A stretch of DNA of 64,000 nucleotides from a bacterium (GTDB taxonomy: Bacteria; Patescibacteriota; Microgenomatia; Curtissbacterales; GWA2-41-24), in NCBI GenBank assembly GCA_021813125.1, contig JAKALT010000001.1, positions 23 through 64,022 on the forward strand, read 5' to 3'. A program made the position numbers and the translations under genes. Under the pieces are notes generated by a model. That model made no database searches. It was not told the origin of the DNA and saw only the letters and a program-made list of their open reading frames with translations. This document shows, one piece after another, positions 49,060 to 59,006 of the stretch (position 1 is its first letter; each line of letters opens with the position of its first letter).

Positions 49060-50146
49060 GGTTAATGAATACACAATAGCAATAGTTGGCTCTCACAGCG
49101 CTCTTGACATCTGCCGTGGAGCAAAGGATTTAGGCTTTAAAACTTTAGTTGTTGTTGAGAAAGGTAGGGACAAAACTTACGCTGAGCACTTTAAAACACA
49201 AGGGAAAGTAGGCTGTGTCGATGAAGTTTTGGAAGTTGAGAAATTTAAGGACATTTTAGATTCCAGAAACCAGAAAATCCTAAAAGAAAAAAATTCAATC
49301 TTTATTCCCCATCGCTCATTCGAGGTGTATCTCAACGACTACGACGCAATAGAAAAAGATTTCACTGTTCCTATGTTTGGCAACAAGTTTCTTTTAAGAA
49401 TTGAAGAACGCTACGTTAAACCAAACCAATACGATCTTTTATCTGAGGCAAAAATAAAATTCCCTAAAACATATAATAGTCCTAAAGAAATAGACCGGCT
49501 AGTTTTGGTAAAAGTTGCAGAGCGCGAAAGAAAATTCGAAAGGGCTTTTTTTCTGGCAAGCTCTCCTAAAGATTTTCAAGTTGCTTCGGAAATATTGATT
49601 TTAGAAGGCAAGATTACCAAAGAAGCCCTGGGGGTTGCGGTAATAGAGGAGTTTATTTTGGGAGTGCAAATAAATTTTAATTTCTTTTATTCACCAATTA
49701 CCAAACGTGTGGAGCTAGTGGGGACAGATACCAGAAGGCAGACCAACATCGACGGGCTTTTAAGGCTACCCGCTTTTTATCAAAACCAACTCCAGGAATC
49801 TATCCAAATAAAGTATGAGGAAGCAGGCCACATTGCAGTCACAACCCTGGAATCAACTCTTGAGCCGGCTTTTGAAATGGCAAACCGCTTCGTCGAAGCA
49901 TCCCAAAAACTGTACCCGCCGGGCATCATTGGGCCATTTGGCCTTCAGTCTGTTATAACAGCCGGCCCACCCAAAAAAGAAATTGTTGTTTTTGACGTTT
50001 CGCCGCGAATGCCCGGTTCCCCCGGAATTTTTGCAACCCCCTACAGCGGCTATTTATACGGGCAGTCTATGAGTATGGGCAAAAGGGTTGCAGTGGAAAT
50101 CGAAAAAGCAATCAACAACAACATGGTAAAACAAATCATAACATGA
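49052..50146 (+). CDS. purP: Archaeal-type FAICAR synthetase PurP, paralog 2
   Basis: N-terminus TIAIVGSHSALDICRGAKDLGFKT. FFYSP, TNIDGLLRLP, GPFGLQ. Collinear with paralog 1 but divergent. Confidence 0.75.
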   Translation: MSKVNEYTIAIVGSHSALDICRGAKDLGFKTLVVVEKGRDKTYAEHFKTQGKVGCVDEVLEVEKFKDILDSRNQKILKEKNSIFIPHRSFEVYLNDYDAIEKDFTVPMFGNKFLLRIEERYVKPNQYDLLSEAKIKFPKTYNSPKEIDRLVLVKVAERERKFERAFFLASSPKDFQVASEILILEGKITKEALGVAVIEEFILGVQINFNFFYSPITKRVELVGTDTRRQTNIDGLLRLPAFYQNQLQESIQIKYEEAGHIAVTTLESTLEPAFEMANRFVEASQKLYPPGIIGPFGLQSVITAGPPKKEIVVFDVSPRMPGSPGIFATPYSGYLYGQSMSMGKRVAVEIEKAINNNMVKQIIT

Positions 50147-51525
50147 AGACGGATTTTGAAAATTATCAATCCCCCTTTTCTTGGCGTTACGGCTCAGTTG
50201 AAATGCGCAAGCTTTTTTCCGAAGTTAATCGCCGAAAAACCTGGCGTAAAGTTTGGGTTGCACTAGCAAAAGCCCAAAGCAAATTCGGCCTTATTTCCAA
50301 AAAAGAATTGGAAGATATCATAAAACACCAAAACGATATTGATATAGAAAAAGCCCACCAAATCGAAAGTGAAATAAAACACGATTTGATGGCAGAGGTC
50401 AAAACTTATGCCTCTCAGTCCAAAATCGGGGGCGGCAAAATCCACCTAGGTGCCACTTCACAAGATATCGAGGATAACGCCGATGCCATAATTTTTAATT
50501 TGGCACTCGAACTTATCGAAAAAAACCTAAAAAGCCTTCTAAAAACCTGGTCAGTAAAAATCGACCAAAATAAAGATGTAGTTTGTATGGCCTATACCCA
50601 CTTACAACCGGCAGAACCAACCACACTCGGCTACCGATTTTCGCTTTACGCACAAGATCTGCTTATCGATTTAGAACTCTTAAACTACATCAAAACCCAG
50701 ATAAAAGGTAAGGGAACAAAAGGTGCAGTTGGAAACTATGCAAGCTACACGTCTCTTTTAGGCACCAAATCTGAACAGATGGAAGAAGAGGTTCTGAAAG
50801 ATCTAGGCATCAAGGCTTTTGATGTAACAGGGCAGGTTTACCCAAGAAAACTTGACTATTTAATTTTGTGTCTGCTTTCATCTATTGCCCAAAGCCTTTA
50901 CAAATTTGCTTTCGATTTAAGGATTTTGCAATCGGCACAGTTTGGGGAATTGGCAGAGCCGTTTGCCAAAAAACAGGTAGGTTCCTCGGCAATGCCTTTT
51001 AAGAGAAACCCTCAAAATTCTGAAAGAATATGTTCCCTTGCGCGTTATATTGTTTCGCTTTCTAGGCCTGCTTGGGATAATGCTGCAAATTCGCTTCTGG
51101 AAAGAACGTTAGATGATTCTGCAGCGAAAAGGGTAATAGTTCCGGACAGCTTTCTGGCAACTGATGAAATATTAAAACTTGCCTTATATATTGTTTCAGA
51201 CTTAGTAGTAAACAAACACAACATCGAGAAAAATCTGAATTCATTCGGGCCATTTTCTGCACTCGAATCTATTCTTTTAAAAAGCGTCAAAAACGGAGCA
51301 AATCGCCAGGAAATGCACGAGATCTTGCGCGAGCATTCGATGCGAGTTTACGAAGAAATGGCAAAAACAGGTGAAAATAGATTATTTAAAAACTTGGGAA
51401 ACGATAAAGCAATATTGGAATATTTAACAAAAGCAGAAATTGAAAATCTCACAAACTACAAAAAACATATAGGTCTCTCGGAAAAGAAATCAAAATTGAT
51501 GATTTCGAAAATAAAAAACATATAA
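50143..51525 (+). CDS. purB: Adenylosuccinate lyase
   Basis: 460 aa. WRYGSVEMRKLFSE N-terminus, fumarase/ASL family signature region GSSAMPFKRNP. Confidence 0.92.
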   Translation: MKTDFENYQSPFSWRYGSVEMRKLFSEVNRRKTWRKVWVALAKAQSKFGLISKKELEDIIKHQNDIDIEKAHQIESEIKHDLMAEVKTYASQSKIGGGKIHLGATSQDIEDNADAIIFNLALELIEKNLKSLLKTWSVKIDQNKDVVCMAYTHLQPAEPTTLGYRFSLYAQDLLIDLELLNYIKTQIKGKGTKGAVGNYASYTSLLGTKSEQMEEEVLKDLGIKAFDVTGQVYPRKLDYLILCLLSSIAQSLYKFAFDLRILQSAQFGELAEPFAKKQVGSSAMPFKRNPQNSERICSLARYIVSLSRPAWDNAANSLLERTLDDSAAKRVIVPDSFLATDEILKLALYIVSDLVVNKHNIEKNLNSFGPFSALESILLKSVKNGANRQEMHEILREHSMRVYEEMAKTGENRLFKNLGNDKAILEYLTKAEIENLTNYKKHIGLSEKKSKLMISKIKNI

Positions 51526-51632
51526 TAATGAAAAAATTAATCTTGCCACTTCATAAATTCACAAAAACAATATACAATAACGAAAATAATCCTAAAAACT
51601 TGCCCAAAAAACCTGCCTATATGAGGTAAAAA

Positions 51633-52166
51633 ATGGGAAAACAAAAAAAAGTCCATCCACAAGTAGGAATAATAATGGGCTCTGATTCGGATCTTGAAAT
51701 TATGTCCGAAGCAGCAAAAATATTAGATGAGCTCAGGGTTCCCTATGAGATATCGGTAATTTCTGCGCACAGAACGCCCTCACAAACTGTCGCTTATTCA
51801 AAATCCGCCCACAATCGAGGTCTTAAGGTGATTATAGCTGGCGCAGGAGGCGCTGCGGCCCTTCCTGGTGTTGTTGCTTCCCAAACTTTATTACCGGTGA
51901 TTGGGGTGCCAATTAAATCGAAATCAGTAGACGGCTTGGATGCGTTGCTTTCTATAAGCCAAATGCCGCCGGGAATTCCTGTAGCAACAGTCGGCATCGA
52001 CGGAGCAAAAAATGCAGGACTTTTGGCCGCACTAATAATTGGGCTTTCAAACATTGAAGTGAAAAAGAAATTAAACGATTACAAAAATGGTCTTAAAAAA
52101 CAAGTTCTTGTAAAAAACTCGAAACTGCAGAAACTTGGTTGGAGTAAATATTTAAATACAAAATAA
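51633..52166 (+). CDS. purE: PurE (N5-CAIR mutase or class II AIR carboxylase). No purK seen in window.
   Basis: VGIIMGSDSDLEIM...VIIAGAGGAAALPGVVA canonical PurE fold motifs. Confidence 0.9.
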   Translation: MGKQKKVHPQVGIIMGSDSDLEIMSEAAKILDELRVPYEISVISAHRTPSQTVAYSKSAHNRGLKVIIAGAGGAAALPGVVASQTLLPVIGVPIKSKSVDGLDALLSISQMPPGIPVATVGIDGAKNAGLLAALIIGLSNIEVKKKLNDYKNGLKKQVLVKNSKLQKLGWSKYLNTK

Positions 52167-53137
52167 TGATAGATAAAAAAATCATAGTAAAAAATATCCC
52201 CAATGCTATAAAGGCAGTTCCTGTTCGGAATTTGGGCAAAAGACAAAGTGGGAAAGTCCGTGATTGGTATAGTAGAAACAACTTAAGAATCCTCATTGCA
52301 ACAGACAGGATTTCCGCATTTGACAAAGTTTTAGGCTTGATCCCATTTAGGGGTGCAGTTTTAAATAAACTTTCGGAATTTTGGTTTAACGCGACTCGGG
52401 ATATTGTTTCTAACCACATGATTGGGGTTGTCGATCCAAACGTTATGCTTGTTTCGGAGGTTCAGGCACTGCCGATTGAGGTAGTTGTTAGGGGATACAT
52501 TACTGGAGTAACCAATACCTCACTTTGGAAACAGTATAACGAAGGCAATAGAATAATCTACGGTATAAAGTTTCCGGATGGTCTCAAAAAGAACCAAAAA
52601 CTCAAGGCCCCAGTTATTACCCCCACCACAAGAGGAACTGGTCCAGGGGGCCACGATGAACCTATCACAAAGCAAGAAATTATAAAAAAGAAATTGGTAC
52701 CCCCGGCTATTTACAAGCAAATTGAAAAAGTTGCCATTAAGCTTTTTGAGAGAGGAACTACAATAGCCAGCAAAGCCGGATTTATACTTGCCGACACAAA
52801 GTACGAATTTGGAGTTGATAAAAAGGGTAAATTAATTTTAATTGACGAAATACACACTCCGGACAGTAGCAGATATTGGCTTAAAAAAACATATCTGCAG
52901 CTTGTTTCAAAAGGACAGGAACCTGAAAATTATGACAAAGAGTTTATGAGACTTTGGTTTGCCAAAAGCGGGTATACAGGAAAAGGTAAAGCGCCAACTA
53001 TGCCGGATGATCTGGTTGCAAAAATTTCACAGAGATATATGGAGGTTTACGAAAAATTAACCGGAGAAAAATTTGAAGTCGACACCAAAAGACCTCAACT
53101 TGAAAGGATTATGGAAAGCCTCGAAAAATTGATATAA
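52166..53137 (+). CDS. purC: Phosphoribosylaminoimidazole-succinocarboxamide synthase (long form)
   Basis: 323 aa. ...RDWYSRNNLRILIATDRISAFD...VVVRGYITG... SAICAR synthetase motifs. Confidence 0.88.
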   Translation: MIDKKIIVKNIPNAIKAVPVRNLGKRQSGKVRDWYSRNNLRILIATDRISAFDKVLGLIPFRGAVLNKLSEFWFNATRDIVSNHMIGVVDPNVMLVSEVQALPIEVVVRGYITGVTNTSLWKQYNEGNRIIYGIKFPDGLKKNQKLKAPVITPTTRGTGPGGHDEPITKQEIIKKKLVPPAIYKQIEKVAIKLFERGTTIASKAGFILADTKYEFGVDKKGKLILIDEIHTPDSSRYWLKKTYLQLVSKGQEPENYDKEFMRLWFAKSGYTGKGKAPTMPDDLVAKISQRYMEVYEKLTGEKFEVDTKRPQLERIMESLEKLI

Positions 53138-53141
53138 GCAT

Positions 53142-54662
53142 ATGGTCGCAGTAATTAACTTTGGCGGCCAATACGCACATCTTATTGCAAGAAGAGTTAG
53201 AGAACTCGGAGTAAAAAGTGAACTTCTTGTCCCAGAAACCTCAGCCCAAAAAATAAAAGATCTATCACCAGACGCAATAATTTTTTCTGGTAGTCCCCAT
53301 TCGGTCTTTGACAAAAATGCCCCGCGAGTAGATAAAAATATTTACGATCTAAACATTCCAATTTTGGGTATCTGCTATGGACAGCAGCTAATTTCATATC
53401 AGCTAGATGGTTTGGTCACAACCCACGAATCTAAACAGTTTGGAAAAGAGATCTTAAAAACAGAAAACTCGGTACTTTTTGAAAATCTCTCAAAAAGAGA
53501 AACTGTCTGGTTTTCTCACGGTGACCAAGTAGACAAAATCCCTTCAGGATTTAATGTTATCGGTTCGACTAAAAACGCCAAAATTGCGGCGATTGAAAAT
53601 AAAACAAAAAAAATCTACGGAATTCAGTTTCATCCGGAAGTAACCCATACATTCTCAGGCCAAAAGATTATATCTAATTTTCTTTTCAAAATATCAAATT
53701 GTAAAAAGGATTGGGATTTAAAAAAGCAAAAAGACGAAATAGTAAAATCCCTTAAACAAAAAATCAAAAGCCAGAAAGTTATTATGGCCATTTCCGGTGG
53801 TGTCGACTCGCTTGTTGCAGCGACTCTCCTAAAGGAGGCGATTGGCAAAAACCTATATTTAACTTTTATAGACACCGGACTAATGCGAAAGGGCGAAGTC
53901 AGCGAGGTTGAAACAATAGTCAATAAGGTAGGTTTTACCAACTTCAGAATTTCCAAATCAGGCGCCAGGTTTTTATTTGCCCTCAAAGGGGTGACTGATC
54001 CCGAAGAAAAACGCAAAATTATTTCTAAGCATTATTTTGCAATCTTTGAAGAAGAAGCTCAAAAAATTAAAAATGTAACATTTTTAGGTCAAGGTACTAT
54101 TTATCCCGACCGGATTGAATCAGCCCAGCCGACTAAACATGCTGACAAGATCAAAAGCCACCACAATCTCACACTCCCAAAGGGCCTCAAACTTCAAATA
54201 ATCGAGCCCTTAGCTGAATTTTATAAAGACGAAGTCAGAAAAATAGGTACAATTTTAAAAATCAATCCCGAATTCCTTGCCCGCCATCCATTTCCCGGGC
54301 CGGGCCTTGCAATACGTATCCTGGGAGAAGTAACAGAAGAAAGATTATCCATTATTCGCGAGGTCGACTATATTTTTATTTCCGAGCTTAAATCATCCGG
54401 CTTGTATAATAAAGTGGGACAAGCACTAGCGGCACTTCTGCCCGTCAAATCTGTTGGCGTTATGGGTGACGCACGTACATATTCGTACATTATCAGTTTG
54501 CGTTCTGTTGATACCCAAGATTTTATGACTGCCGATTGGTCAAAAATTCCAAATGTTGTCCTCGAAAAAATCTCTTCTCGCATTGTCAACGAAGTTCGCG
54601 GAGTTAACCGCGTTCTTTACGACATTACCCAAAAACCTCCGGCAACCATTGAGTATGAGTAA
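53142..54662 (+). CDS. guaA: GMP synthase (glutamine-hydrolysing)
   Basis: 506 aa. N-terminal GATase (GICYGQQ), ATP-PPase SGGVDS motif, C-terminal dimerisation domain ending ...IEYE. Confidence 0.95.
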   Translation: MVAVINFGGQYAHLIARRVRELGVKSELLVPETSAQKIKDLSPDAIIFSGSPHSVFDKNAPRVDKNIYDLNIPILGICYGQQLISYQLDGLVTTHESKQFGKEILKTENSVLFENLSKRETVWFSHGDQVDKIPSGFNVIGSTKNAKIAAIENKTKKIYGIQFHPEVTHTFSGQKIISNFLFKISNCKKDWDLKKQKDEIVKSLKQKIKSQKVIMAISGGVDSLVAATLLKEAIGKNLYLTFIDTGLMRKGEVSEVETIVNKVGFTNFRISKSGARFLFALKGVTDPEEKRKIISKHYFAIFEEEAQKIKNVTFLGQGTIYPDRIESAQPTKHADKIKSHHNLTLPKGLKLQIIEPLAEFYKDEVRKIGTILKINPEFLARHPFPGPGLAIRILGEVTEERLSIIREVDYIFISELKSSGLYNKVGQALAALLPVKSVGVMGDARTYSYIISLRSVDTQDFMTADWSKIPNVVLEKISSRIVNEVRGVNRVLYDITQKPPATIEYE

Positions 54663-55221
54663 ATCGAACCCCCCTAATTTCGTAATTGTCACAACCAACA
54701 AGAACAAATTATTAGAAATTAATCAAATTCTTGACACCAAGCATAAAATTTCTAAAATTGAGGTTCCCGAAATTCAATCACTCGACTTAAATCAAGTAAT
54801 AGCCCAAAAGGCAAAAGCAGCTTATGAAAAAATAAAAAAACCGGTTCTTGTTGAAGACATCAGTTTTGAAATCCAATCCCTAAAAGGACTCCCAGGGCCA
54901 TTTGTTAAATATTTTCTCCAAAGACTAGGTACGGAAGGAACAGTCAAACTTGTTGGTAACAAATCAACAAAAACAAAAGTCACCGCAGCGCTGGCCCTAT
55001 ACAACGGATCAACCCTCAAAATTTTCAAAGGTATTGTCTGGGGCACATTATCTAAAAAAAACAGGGGAGAAAGCGGGTTTGGTTTTGACAAAGTCTTTAT
55101 CCCAAAAGGCTATGATAAAACTTTTGCTGAAATGGACCTAAGCTTAAAAAACAAAATTTCCCATCGAGCCAGAGCTTTAAAAAAACTAAAAGATTACCTT
55201 ACAAATAATGAAAAGAATTAA
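54655..55221 (+). CDS. rdgB: Non-canonical purine NTP pyrophosphatase (RdgB/HAM1 family ITPase/XTPase)
   Basis: Start ATG 54655 (MSKSNPPNFVIVTTNKNKLLEI). Overlaps guaA stop by 8 nt. ...EDISFEIQSLKGLPGP...KISHRARALKKL typical HAM1. Confidence 0.85.
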   Translation: MSKSNPPNFVIVTTNKNKLLEINQILDTKHKISKIEVPEIQSLDLNQVIAQKAKAAYEKIKKPVLVEDISFEIQSLKGLPGPFVKYFLQRLGTEGTVKLVGNKSTKTKVTAALALYNGSTLKIFKGIVWGTLSKKNRGESGFGFDKVFIPKGYDKTFAEMDLSLKNKISHRARALKKLKDYLTNNEKN

Positions 55222-55813
55222 AGCAATATTTTTTGATTTAGGGGGTGTTGTTTTAACCCAAAATACTAAAGCAAGATTACAAACTATCTCCGAAGTTTTC
55301 TCTGTAAGTGACAAGGATTTGGAAAGTGTATTTAAAAAATACAATAACGATTGGTCAACTGGAAAAATAACAGTTAAAATTATGGCAAGAAAACTTAAGA
55401 ATCGTTTTAAACATAAAAAACCTATTCCTCAGCTACTAAAAACCTGGGAAGAAACTTATAAAAAGAAGACTCGGCCAAACAGAGAACTTATTAACTTTAT
55501 TGATAAGCTGAGAAAAAAATACCAACTTTATCTTCTCACAAATACTGTAGATTTACACCACAATGTCAATTCCAAGAGGGATATTTTTAATCATTTTGAT
55601 GGAGTTTTCGCTTCATTTATTATTGGAAAGAGAAAACCAGAGCAAAATTTCTACACACACGTGCTTGATGAGCTCAAATTAAAGCCTGGGGAATGTATGT
55701 TTATTGACGACATTAATGAAAATGTCGAAGCAGCAAAAAAATTGGGAATAAAAGGTATTCAGTTTGCAAATAACCAAAAACTTTTAAAGGATTTTATAAT
55801 ACTTGGAATTTGA
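55208..55813 (+). CDS. HAD superfamily hydrolase (subfamily IA-like phosphatase)
   Basis: N-terminal motif I FFDLGGVV. Later motifs compatible with HAD fold. 201 aa. Confidence 0.75.
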   Translation: MKRIKAIFFDLGGVVLTQNTKARLQTISEVFSVSDKDLESVFKKYNNDWSTGKITVKIMARKLKNRFKHKKPIPQLLKTWEETYKKKTRPNRELINFIDKLRKKYQLYLLTNTVDLHHNVNSKRDIFNHFDGVFASFIIGKRKPEQNFYTHVLDELKLKPGECMFIDDINENVEAAKKLGIKGIQFANNQKLLKDFIILGI

Positions 55814-55956
55814 GTCTAAATTACTTTTTAAGAACTACTAATTTTAGGCGGGCAATGAAGTGAACATTGTAAGTTGATTGTCTTTGAATCTATTTCTTAA
55901 AAACTATCAACTTTAGCCCCGCAGCGTAGCGAGGAGCGCAAACTAGTTACCTTAAT

Positions 55957-56553
55957 TTATTTCTTAAACACGACCAGTTTATAGCCAACAAAATTCCAAA
56001 AAAGCGTTATAACTGTTGCCAGCAGTTTCGCAACATTTGGCCTGAGATTAGCGTTCGCTATCAAATGCGGGAATATATAAGTAGAAAGAAAATAAACTAC
56101 AAGTGCATTCATCAGTAATCCGATAGCTGTAACTGTTAAAAAAGCAGTGAAATTTTGACCGGCCTTTTTTTTGGAGGAAAAAGTAAATTCCCTGTTCCAA
56201 AAATAACTATTTATTGTTGCGACACTAAAAGAAATTGCTGCCGTAAAAAATATACCGATTCCTTGAGTAATACCAGTTAAAAAAACAATCAAATTTAAAA
56301 TTCCAAAATCAATTGCAGTATTTAAAACTCCAACCAAAACAAATTTCGCAAATTGCCACATCAAAGGCACAACCCTCCCTAAAAAATTCCCGACTACTAA
56401 ACCCACTACAGCCAAAACCGGAAGGCCAACAAAAATAATCAGCCATTCATACGGTAATTTGGAATAATAGCCAGTATTAATAAGAGTGGGGACAAGAAAA
56501 ATTGCGGTTAAAAATCCCGCAGCTAAGCCAAGGAGCAGATCCTTATTTTTCAT
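55957..56553 (-). CDS. GtrA-family membrane protein (lipid-linked sugar translocase-like) with extra N-terminal TM segments
   Basis: FAKFVLVGVLNTAIDFGILNLIV...INSYFWNREFTF...LFWNFVGYKLVVFKK matches GtrA (PF04138) hallmarks. Confidence 0.75.
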   Translation of the reverse strand: MKNKDLLLGLAAGFLTAIFLVPTLINTGYYSKLPYEWLIIFVGLPVLAVVGLVVGNFLGRVVPLMWQFAKFVLVGVLNTAIDFGILNLIVFLTGITQGIGIFFTAAISFSVATINSYFWNREFTFSSKKKAGQNFTAFLTVTAIGLLMNALVVYFLSTYIFPHLIANANLRPNVAKLLATVITLFWNFVGYKLVVFKK

Positions 56554-56613
56554 TGCGCTAACACTATTGTGATATAAGCATAGAAATTTTACAATCGGGC
56601 AAAGTCTAAGTTC

Positions 56614-57798
56614 TTGGAGTTTTACTTATTTGCTAGATATAATTGGTGCATGAAGCCGTCTCTAATTAATTTTTACTATAAATATGCGGCAATTTCTCTT
56701 ATCGCTCTTTTTGCTGCTACACAATTTATACTGATCATCAGACATAAATCTGTCTTCATCTCTGACAGCTATTTTTATAAACATATTTATTATCAGATAA
56801 AAGGTGATACATACAACGAAGCACGCCAAAAAATTGTGTCTCAAGTCGACTTGAAAAACTCCGATGAAATTACAACAAATATCTTTATCAATCAAGCGGC
56901 ATATTCAAACTCTCTAACATTTTTTGTCAAACGGCCACTATACCCACTTCTGGTTGCACTTATAAGCACCCTTTCAAAAAATGAAGTATTTAATTTTATG
57001 TTCCCAGTATTTCTTGCATATGTTGGAATTGTTTTCTTGATATATAACCTTTCCGGAATAAACCTGGGGCGCTTGTTTGCCGCAATCACTTCATCTCTAT
57101 TTATTGCCTTTTACCCTTTGCTAGACTGGTCAACCTATGCGTTAACTGACACAATAGGTGCGTTTTTTTGGATACTTCAGGTATTTTTGGCCTACCTTTA
57201 TATTTCTGGGTCTAAGACAAAATGGCTGTTAGCATACGCAGTGGTGCTCGCTCTATCGCTAACAAATCGTGAACAAAGTACACTGATGATTCCTCTATTT
57301 ATTATTCTTTTTATCCTTACTAAATTTGCTAAACTTCCCGGAAAACTTAAACCTAAAATCATAAATTTAATAGTTATTAGTGTTATTTTTTCACTGGCCT
57401 ACATGATGATTATGATTATTTTGGGGCAAAGAAGTATTTTGGAAACAATTGCCTATACCCATAACAACTTTGGTTTAACAAGCAATAGATATTCTACGGC
57501 CGAACTTATAAAGTTTTCCGTTGATTCTTTTAAGACCAGCCACTTAGTCTTCTTTCATGAATTAATACAACACCACTGGTGGTTTATTATTTCTGTAATA
57601 TCAATCATGGGAATAGCCAAAACGTTGGTTACAAAAGGCAAGTCCTTAATTGATTTACTTCTTCTCTCATCAGGCATTGCTTCATACATGTTTGTATTTA
57701 TTTTCCCTTCTCTTCAGTATCGTTATTTCTTCCCAGTGCTGTTTACGATTATTTACTTTGCGGCAAAATTCATAAAAGAGTATTTTGAAACGGTATAA
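56614..57798 (+). CDS. Polytopic integral membrane protein (about 10 TM), divergent from the GtrA gene. Possible glycosyltransferase. Start may be the Met at 56650.
   Basis: ORF with many hydrophobic helices. No soluble domain recognised. Confidence 0.5.
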   Translation: MEFYLFARYNWCMKPSLINFYYKYAAISLIALFAATQFILIIRHKSVFISDSYFYKHIYYQIKGDTYNEARQKIVSQVDLKNSDEITTNIFINQAAYSNSLTFFVKRPLYPLLVALISTLSKNEVFNFMFPVFLAYVGIVFLIYNLSGINLGRLFAAITSSLFIAFYPLLDWSTYALTDTIGAFFWILQVFLAYLYISGSKTKWLLAYAVVLALSLTNREQSTLMIPLFIILFILTKFAKLPGKLKPKIINLIVISVIFSLAYMMIMIILGQRSILETIAYTHNNFGLTSNRYSTAELIKFSVDSFKTSHLVFFHELIQHHWWFIISVISIMGIAKTLVTKGKSLIDLLLLSSGIASYMFVFIFPSLQYRYFFPVLFTIIYFAAKFIKEYFETV

Positions 57799-58567
57799 AT
57801 TTAAAGTTATAATTCCACTAGCACTGTCACTTTTTTTGACAGTCGTTCTATTAGCGGTAGGTTTTTACAAGCCTCAGCCAGGGCAAAACATTAGTCCTAG
57901 CCCTAAACTGTCACAATCTGTAATTTCTGACAAAATAGTAGCCTCATCACCTCAGTCCCAAACTGAAAATCTTCAGTTACAAAAAGTCGCAAGAGTTATA
58001 GACGGTGACACAATTGAGTTAGAAAACGGCCAAAAAGTCCGCTACATCGGAATCAATACTCCAGAAACGGTTGATCCTCGAAAAGCCGCAGAATGTTTTG
58101 GAAAAGAGTCTTCGTTGAAAAATAGAGAATTGGTTGAAGGCAAAAGTGTAAGATTGGAAAAAGATGTTTCGGAAACAGATAAATATTCCCGTCTCCTTCG
58201 ATACGTCTATGTAGATGATGCCCTTATTAACGACTACCTTGTTCGTCAGGGATTTGCTTATGCAAGCGCCTTCCCGCCGGACGTAAAATATCAAGATCAA
58301 TTTCAAAATGCACAGCGCGAAGCCCAGCAGGAAAATAGGGGACTTTGGTCAAGCTGCGAGTCCGGCTCATCAGGCATTACCGATCAAAACGCAACTGCTG
58401 AAAACTGCCAGATTAAGGGCAATATCTCCTCAACCGGCGAGAAAATTTACCACGTGCCCGGCCAACGCTATTACAACCAAACAGTAGTTGACGAGTCAAA
58501 AGGTGAAAGGTGGTTTTGCTCAGAAGACGATGCTCAGCAAGCCGGTTGGCGAAAATCAAAAATTTAA
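57785..58567 (+). CDS. Membrane-anchored thermonuclease (staphylococcal nuclease, SNase-like) with Cys-containing C-terminal extension
   Basis: N-terminal TM. SNase core (VIDGDTIEL...RYIGINTPE...RLLRYVYVDD...) plus C-terminal CQIKGNISSTGEKIYHVPGQRYY...ERWFCSEDDAQQAGWR module. Confidence 0.75.
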   Translation: MKRYKFKVIIPLALSLFLTVVLLAVGFYKPQPGQNISPSPKLSQSVISDKIVASSPQSQTENLQLQKVARVIDGDTIELENGQKVRYIGINTPETVDPRKAAECFGKESSLKNRELVEGKSVRLEKDVSETDKYSRLLRYVYVDDALINDYLVRQGFAYASAFPPDVKYQDQFQNAQREAQQENRGLWSSCESGSSGITDQNATAENCQIKGNISSTGEKIYHVPGQRYYNQTVVDESKGERWFCSEDDAQQAGWRKSKI

Positions 58568-58592
58568 CAAAAAAGGTTGATATAATAAGATT

Positions 58593-59006
58593 ATGGCCAA
58601 TATTTGGGAAAGTTTGAAAAACGAAAAACGCTTAACCCGACATTATTACGGAGATTTGGTCAGGTTCCTTTTTATGCTAGCAGCCATAATCATGCTAGTC
58701 ACCCTCCCGTTTTTAATGGGAAAACTCCCAGTGCCGCTTTATATTTCGATTTTGGTAATTTTAGTAATTGGCGTTTTGGCAGGAATCACAAATCCACTTC
58801 AAAAATGGATATCGATCTTAAATGGTCTTATTTCAACCGCGGCGCTTTTCATTTTTGAATATTACGCGGTAAACTCTTTAACTATCTCCGGGGTGAAAAC
58901 TTTGTACTTTATTACAAATCAGCTTCTTGCCTTAGTTTTTCTTTTTGCCCTTTATTACAGCATCAAGACAATCCGCGCTATGTACCTCAAAGATACTAAC
59001 TTGTAA
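58593..59006 (+). CDS. Hypothetical membrane protein (137 aa, 4 TM)
   Basis: ORF with hydrophobic helices. Confidence 0.45.
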   Translation: MANIWESLKNEKRLTRHYYGDLVRFLFMLAAIIMLVTLPFLMGKLPVPLYISILVILVIGVLAGITNPLQKWISILNGLISTAALFIFEYYAVNSLTISGVKTLYFITNQLLALVFLFALYYSIKTIRAMYLKDTNL

